This document shows positions 58,495 to 64,000 of a stretch of 64,000 nt of DNA, one piece after another; position 1 is the stretch's first letter, and every line of letters starts with the position of its first letter. The notes beneath the pieces are model-generated. The model was not told the origin of the DNA. It saw nothing but the letters and a program-made list of their open reading frames with translations, and ran no database searches. Source of the stretch: Clostridia bacterium (GTDB taxonomy: Bacteria; Bacillota; Clostridia; CAKSNL01; HGM11501); contig JAZQAZ010000030.1 in assembly GCA_045545475.1 (NCBI GenBank), forward strand, positions 32,001 to 96,000. Direction: 5' to 3'. The position numbers and the translations under genes were made by a program.

Positions 58495-61431
58495 TTATCT
58501 TGTAATTGTTATTTCCCTTGTCTCTCCGTTCCACTCTACGTTATAGCCAAGCTGTTCTGATACGAATCTTACGGGGATGAAGGTTCTTGAATCCTTTATT
58601 ACAGGCACCGTTCTTAAGGTGTAACGGATAAGCCCGTAGGAGGGATCATTTACATATACAAGCTTATAGCCAATCTGAAGTGTAAGGTCAATATTCTCTC
58701 CCTTAACTCCGATGGTCTGATTGTCGCCGTTCCAGGAAATTTCAGCACCCATAAGCTCTAAAAGTCCTCTTAAGGGAATTAATGTTGTGCCGTTTACGAT
58801 GTAGGGTGCAACATCGATGGTCTTTGTCTTATCTTCTCCGTTTTCCCTGTACTTAATCTCGTTGGAGCCAACGGTAAGAACATACTTCTCGCCGTCATCT
58901 TCACCCTCGTACTGATAGAAGTCAAGCTCCGCTACACTTACACGCTTTGCGAAATATTCGTGCACGGTAAACTCGATATATCTTATCTTCATCTCTTCGG
59001 GCAGGGGGATTTTCTTTGTAGAAAGATCCTTATCCATCACCATATCTTCTGCAACGGGAATCCAGTTTTCGTTGTCCGCACTTACCCACACACTTACCTT
59101 GAGCCAGCAGCCGTGAAAGTCATTGGTGTCACGGGGAGTATAGGTAATTTCCTTAACCCTTTGTACCTTTTTCATATCAACAACGAAAATTACCTCTTCA
59201 CCGGTTTCAAGCTGTTCTGTCTGCCAGAAGGATTTAACGGTTCCGTCAAGTGCCTTGTCGGGAGTAGAGGTAGCCCAGCTTTCACCCTCATAGCTTATAT
59301 CAAATAGCTTTTTATCAATTTTATATAAGACTCCCGCTTTTTCAATTTCCCTGAATCTTTCATAGTCCACGGTTTCAAAGTCGGGATTTTCGCCAAGAAC
59401 ATTAATTTCCGCCAATGTGCCGTAGCCGCCCACCGCAGAGGTTATTTCGACTCTTATCTTCGATGCCTTTATGTTTGAAAGGAAGAAGATTTCCTTATCG
59501 CCCACGCTCTGCTCAAAAGAAACATTTTCCTTTATGAGCTTAAGCTCATCCCCGCTTTTTTCTGCCGCATAGAGGTTTGCAACGATAAAGTTTCCGTTCA
59601 ACGAATCCTGTCTGGGTGTTAAGTTAACACCTGATATAGTTTTTACAAGACCGAAGTCGATGTCTATGTTATAGGGAGGATTGTCATGGCCGACAACTGC
59701 ACCGTCCTTCGCCTCATACTTTGAGTGCCAGTAGGTTTTCTTGTCTCCGTCAAGGGCAAGCTGAATGGTCTGGTTTCCCATTGTGGAGTTAACCTTAATA
59801 TCCCAGGTTCCTCTTGCAAGATAAGGAATGCCTGTTTTCGACTCGCCTTCATAAATGGCCGTATTATCTGCCTTTCCGTCCTTTAAGAATTCAATTTCAG
59901 CGGCAGAGCCGAAGTTTGCATTTGCTGCTGTTATTTCAATTTCGATAACTTTTACTTTTTTATTTCCCCAGGTTGCACTTTCGGGCTTGTTGTTTTTGAC
60001 AACAGACGTATAATTTGTAAAGTTTCCTACATAAATTCTCTCAAAGTTTACACCGTCGGCAGAACCCTTTATGTTGTAGGATGAAATTGTTCCTACCGCG
60101 TTATCGATTCTGGGTGTGTAAATCCAGCCCGACACGTCAATAGCCTCGGGGAATTCAACCCTTATGGTGAAAGGAAGAGGGTCTCTTGATGTAATGGTCG
60201 ACCCTTCAGCAGTATACTTTGAGTGCCAGTAGGTTGATTTGTCGCCGTCAAATGCCTTGGCAACAGGAGTAAATTCGCTGGATGCGGTAATTTTCCAGTC
60301 GGCCCCTTTGGGGATTTTAGTACCCGAATAAGATGCCTCGGCATCTTCTATGCTTCCGCCTTTTTTGGTGTAAAACTCAATTTCAGCCGCTGTGCCGTAT
60401 CCTGAAATTGATGTGGTTATTTCAATTTTTATCGCCTTCATACTTGTCTTCGGGAAGAAGGCATCCGTAGGCTTTGCATCCTTTGCGGGGCCTTCCACAT
60501 AGGGGAATTTGCCTGTATAAATTTTTTCAAAATTCACTCCGTCCTTAGATGCATAAATGTTGTAAGTCTTTGCTGTTCCTGTACCATTATCGGTTCTCGG
60601 GGTATAACGCCAGCCTTCGATTTCCACGGTTTTGCCAAAGTCAACCGTTATGGTGTGGGGGCATTCTTCCTTGCTTACGATTTTTGTTCCCTCTGCCTTG
60701 TATGCTGAATGCCAGTAAGTTGACTTGTCACCGTCAAAAGCCTTTGATGCGGCGTTTCCGGTGCCGTAAGCACTTGATGCACTTATATTCCAGGAACCGT
60801 CGTTTTTAAGAAGTTCTCCTGCAAGAGCTGTGCTTGCAGCAGGTGTTTCAGCCTTGGGTGCAGTTTCCTGTCCCTTAAAGGCTTCGCCGTTTTCGATTGC
60901 AGTTCCGCTTGTTCCCTTTAAGAACTCAATCTCCGCCGCAGTTCCGTAGCCTCCACGGCTATTTGTTACCTCGATTTTTATGGCTTTCATGGTGTATGCA
61001 CCCCAGGAAGCCTCGGAAGGAGTAAACTCCGCCTTTGTCTTGGTTGCATAATCAAAGGTACCGGTAAATATTTTATTGAAGTTTTCTCCGTCCTTTGAAG
61101 CATAGATATTATACGCTAAAACCGTTCCTGTTTCATTATCCTTACGAGGTGTGTAACGCCAGCCGGAAATTTCGGTATCCTTGCCGAAATTAATTGTGAT
61201 AACGTGGGGGCATTCGTCGTGGCTTAAAATTTTGCCGCCTTCTGCCTTATAGTTTGAGTGCCAATTGGTGGATAAATCACCGTCGAAAGCATTTTTAATG
61301 CTTGTGCCTGTCTGGCTTGTAACAGAAATTTCCCAGGAGGAATCATAGGGAACAGCTTCCGATGCACTTACAGCCATGCACATGGACATAACCATAAGAA
61401 GAGAAAGTAAAATTGCAAATATTTTCTTCAT
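58495..61431 (-). CDS. Secreted protein with five discoidin (F5/8 type C, CBM32-like) domains and a C-terminal copper amine oxidase N-terminal-like anchor
   Basis: Signal peptide; five A(F/L)DG...W(H/Q)...(Y/L)TPR...AE(I/L) repeats; TLIPLR...ISWNG and TFIPVRFVSE-x-LG-x-x-VEWNG. Confidence 0.88.
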   Translation of the reverse strand: MKKIFAILLSLLMVMSMCMAVSASEAVPYDSSWEISVTSQTGTSIKNAFDGDLSTNWHSNYKAEGGKILSHDECPHVITINFGKDTEISGWRYTPRKDNETGTVLAYNIYASKDGENFNKIFTGTFDYATKTKAEFTPSEASWGAYTMKAIKIEVTNSRGGYGTAAEIEFLKGTSGTAIENGEAFKGQETAPKAETPAASTALAGELLKNDGSWNISASSAYGTGNAASKAFDGDKSTYWHSAYKAEGTKIVSKEECPHTITVDFGKTVEIEGWRYTPRTDNGTGTAKTYNIYASKDGVNFEKIYTGKFPYVEGPAKDAKPTDAFFPKTSMKAIKIEITTSISGYGTAAEIEFYTKKGGSIEDAEASYSGTKIPKGADWKITASSEFTPVAKAFDGDKSTYWHSKYTAEGSTITSRDPLPFTIRVEFPEAIDVSGWIYTPRIDNAVGTISSYNIKGSADGVNFERIYVGNFTNYTSVVKNNKPESATWGNKKVKVIEIEITAANANFGSAAEIEFLKDGKADNTAIYEGESKTGIPYLARGTWDIKVNSTMGNQTIQLALDGDKKTYWHSKYEAKDGAVVGHDNPPYNIDIDFGLVKTISGVNLTPRQDSLNGNFIVANLYAAEKSGDELKLIKENVSFEQSVGDKEIFFLSNIKASKIRVEITSAVGGYGTLAEINVLGENPDFETVDYERFREIEKAGVLYKIDKKLFDISYEGESWATSTPDKALDGTVKSFWQTEQLETGEEVIFVVDMKKVQRVKEITYTPRDTNDFHGCWLKVSVWVSADNENWIPVAEDMVMDKDLSTKKIPLPEEMKIRYIEFTVHEYFAKRVSVAELDFYQYEGEDDGEKYVLTVGSNEIKYRENGEDKTKTIDVAPYIVNGTTLIPLRGLLELMGAEISWNGDNQTIGVKGENIDLTLQIGYKLVYVNDPSYGLIRYTLRTVPVIKDSRTFIPVRFVSEQLGYNVEWNGETREITITR

Positions 61432-61446
61432 TATCTCATCCTCCTT

Positions 61447-64000
61447 TTAGTTTAAGTGGGAAAGTACACTGTTTACGGTAGCTTCAGGTGCACCTGACTT
61501 ACTAACAGTGTAAATTCCGTTTCCGAGATTCTTTACTTCCCAACCGTAACAATCGGAAATAAGTGTCAAGGGAATCATAAATCTTCCGTTTTCGTAAACA
61601 ACTGGAGCTGTCAGCGTTTTTGCAACACCGTTTACTCTTACCTCATTTGAGCCAAGAACGCAATAAGTAAAGGTGTTGTTGATAATTTCTTTCTTATCCT
61701 CGCTCAAATCGTAATGATAGGTGTAGAAGGTGTTGTTCGCACTGTCATACTCTGTCTTGGAATGACCGTATTCCATAATTTCATTATACGCATCCTCGGG
61801 GACATAGAGCGTACCGTTCATTTCAACGGGAGCTACTCTTATGTCGGATTCTAAAGTATATCTCTTTGCTCCGCAGGCGATTAACTTTGGACTTCCAGCC
61901 TTTAATACGGATGTGGATGTTTCCTTAAGTGCCTTTCTGTCTGCATCGGCTAATGCCGTCTGTTCAATTTCGGTAAAGAGATAGTTAAGCTTTCCGTAAG
62001 GAGCAACGCTGCCGTCTGAATAGAAGTTTAAGTAATCGCTCGATACATCAACAGAGTCAGACCACTTAAGCTCCAAGTCAACCACGCCTGTTTCACCGAT
62101 TACGCTTCTGGGAATTGCAAGCTGCATCATATTACCCTTTATTGTGTAATTTACATTTGCAACATTTGTTTTTCCAAAGGGTCCGTCGCCAAACTTTGAT
62201 ACAACGCCCTTTTCTATGATATAGTCATAGCCTTCCCAGCCTGTTACATAGTTTCTGTCGGTATTTAAGTAGAGCGTCATAAAGTTTTCGGAATCACGGA
62301 TATCCTTTTCACACTCTGCCATAAAGTAGATGTTATCATTGTCAAAGGTTGCCTTTGCACCCTTTATGGAGTTTACAACCTTTGTGGTATATTCCCATCT
62401 TTCTCCGCTCTTGCCGTATTTTCCGTAGCTTGTTACGTTTCTTTCATAGTCCTGATAGGAATTTACGAAGTAAGGACCAACCTCTGCCCACTGACCTGCA
62501 TCACCCGCAAGGTCAATGGTCTTCATACCGGAGGCAACAGGTGCCTTTCTTGCACCCTTATACTTTCTTACAAGGTCGATTAACATATTGTAGCAATCGT
62601 CCTTTAAGGGACCGCGGTTAGGCTCAAAGTCACGGCTGTTTTCATAGTCGAAAAGGTCAACAAAAGCGTTTTTGTTTCTGCCGTAGGATTCAAAGCGGAT
62701 TGCATCCCACTCGTTCCATCCGTCAATCATCATAAATTCGGGATCGGCGTCAAGCGCAAATGCCGCCTGCTCACGGAAGAAGTATGCTTCTCTCATACCC
62801 TTTTCGGTATAATCTTCACCGAAGGCTTCGGAAAACGCTCTTCCCTTGCAGTATTCGGAAGAAAATGCACCAACCTCTTTCTGTCCGTAAATTGTGGACT
62901 GATTAATTCCTACGCCCACAACGACATAGCCCACTCTGCCCGTTTCGGGATTTACGTCACGGAGAGTCTGGGGGAAGTTTTCAAGCCACATCCACTCATC
63001 TTTCTTTGCTTCGCCGTTTCTCGGACCGTTGTACTTAACATTGAAAAGAGAATCTATTTCCGTAAAGAGTGCCTTTTCTGCATCTGTCTTCATAGCGGAC
63101 TCATAGTTTTTATAATCCGCCCAGCCGTAAAGGAGCGGCGCGCCGTCCTTATAGTACCAGATATCGGTATAGTCGTTTTCAACAAAGCAGGTATAGTAAA
63201 GTGCCGAAACCGCTCTTGCCGCATTGTCCGGGGAAACTCCGAGATTAAGCATAACACAGAGTTTTGGTGCGTCAACGCCCGTAGATTTAGCATCACGAAG
63301 TGCTTGTGCCAAAGTGTGAATTGTTGTCTGATATGTATTTCCGCCGTTTGAATAGTCAAGGAACAAGGAATCAACCCCTGCTATTGCAAACATTTCCGCG
63401 TGCTTACGGTAGGTCCAGTAGTCAAAGGAATCATAAAAGCCGAAAACGGGCTCGCCCCAGAAGTATTTACCCTGAATATCCCACGCCTTGTGGAAATAAT
63501 CCTCTCTTGAGCCGGGATTTGCCGCAATGATTTCGGGAATTACTGCCGCGTTTCTGTTGGAAGAATCCACTCTCCAGTTCCAGTAAAGCATACCAACTTC
63601 GCGAAGGCCTTCCTTTACGCCGCCAACCTCTTCGTAGGTGGCAACGGCTCTTCCGAAATTGTCAACTCCAACCCAGGTATCGGAATAGAGGTCAATAATT
63701 TTTGAATCGCCAACCTTTGCGGAGGTCACATCCTTTGTAACCTTTTCTTCCGACAAGGTGATTTCCTTTATTGCGATATAGTTTGTTGTGCCGTTTCCGT
63801 ATAAACTGTAAAAATAAAGGTCGTGAACGCCCGTCACAGGCTCGATTGCCGCCTTTACGGTTACATCGGTGTTTTCAAAGTCGGGCATTATGGTAAGGTT
63901 ACCGATAATTTTGCCGTTTTCGGGCGAATCTATCATAATAAGATAGGTGTCACCGTTGTTTCCGCCGGAAACATATAAGGTGTTGTTAAGCCTCATACTT
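61447..64000 (-). CDS. Modular putative glycoside hydrolase: CBM6-like domain, GH99/GH71-like catalytic domain and copper amine oxidase N-like anchor (5' end outside the window)
   Basis: VTGVHDLYF (CBM6-like), FWGEPVFGFY...RKHAEM...AGVD...DYSNG, IDGWNEW, TLYVP and FMIPL...YGWEV. Confidence 0.65.
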   Translation of the reverse strand, partial: SMRLNNTLYVSGGNNGDTYLIMIDSPENGKIIGNLTIMPDFENTDVTVKAAIEPVTGVHDLYFYSLYGNGTTNYIAIKEITLSEEKVTKDVTSAKVGDSKIIDLYSDTWVGVDNFGRAVATYEEVGGVKEGLREVGMLYWNWRVDSSNRNAAVIPEIIAANPGSREDYFHKAWDIQGKYFWGEPVFGFYDSFDYWTYRKHAEMFAIAGVDSLFLDYSNGGNTYQTTIHTLAQALRDAKSTGVDAPKLCVMLNLGVSPDNAARAVSALYYTCFVENDYTDIWYYKDGAPLLYGWADYKNYESAMKTDAEKALFTEIDSLFNVKYNGPRNGEAKKDEWMWLENFPQTLRDVNPETGRVGYVVVGVGINQSTIYGQKEVGAFSSEYCKGRAFSEAFGEDYTEKGMREAYFFREQAAFALDADPEFMMIDGWNEWDAIRFESYGRNKNAFVDLFDYENSRDFEPNRGPLKDDCYNMLIDLVRKYKGARKAPVASGMKTIDLAGDAGQWAEVGPYFVNSYQDYERNVTSYGKYGKSGERWEYTTKVVNSIKGAKATFDNDNIYFMAECEKDIRDSENFMTLYLNTDRNYVTGWEGYDYIIEKGVVSKFGDGPFGKTNVANVNYTIKGNMMQLAIPRSVIGETGVVDLELKWSDSVDVSSDYLNFYSDGSVAPYGKLNYLFTEIEQTALADADRKALKETSTSVLKAGSPKLIACGAKRYTLESDIRVAPVEMNGTLYVPEDAYNEIMEYGHSKTEYDSANNTFYTYHYDLSEDKKEIINNTFTYCVLGSNEVRVNGVAKTLTAPVVYENGRFMIPLTLISDCYGWEVKNLGNGIYTVSKSGAPEATVNSVLSHLN

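Overview
A 64-kb chromosomal window from a low-GC, spore-forming Clostridia-type bacterium (spoIIAA-spoIIAB-sigF, SLH and copper-amine-oxidase-N anchored surface proteins, sigmaA-type promoters). Most of it is housekeeping (glnA type III, nrdR, rpiB, tsaB/tsaE, pyrR/uraA, cca, proS, mreB-like, comEC, holA, tRNA-Arg ACG) or carbohydrate utilisation (GH38, GH20/nagA/nagB-like, GH78, GH172, CBM32 protein). The standout is a 5.6-kb cassette array at about 45330-50980. It has one full-length protein with a peptidoglycan-binding domain and a short variable hydrophobic C-terminal tip, then three orphan partial copies of that gene's 3' end. The full gene and each copy are directly followed by a member of one unrecognised multipass membrane family built from a ~140-aa module. 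This is the architecture of a polymorphic toxin/immunity or kin-recognition system, but I recognise neither partner family. Secondary points: a creatinase-like M24/ASRT/creatininase operon, a VTC gene coupled to an acidic repeat S-layer protein, a perfectly palindromic divergent promoter and two small islets. All family calls come from motif recognition by eye; no database searches were run.
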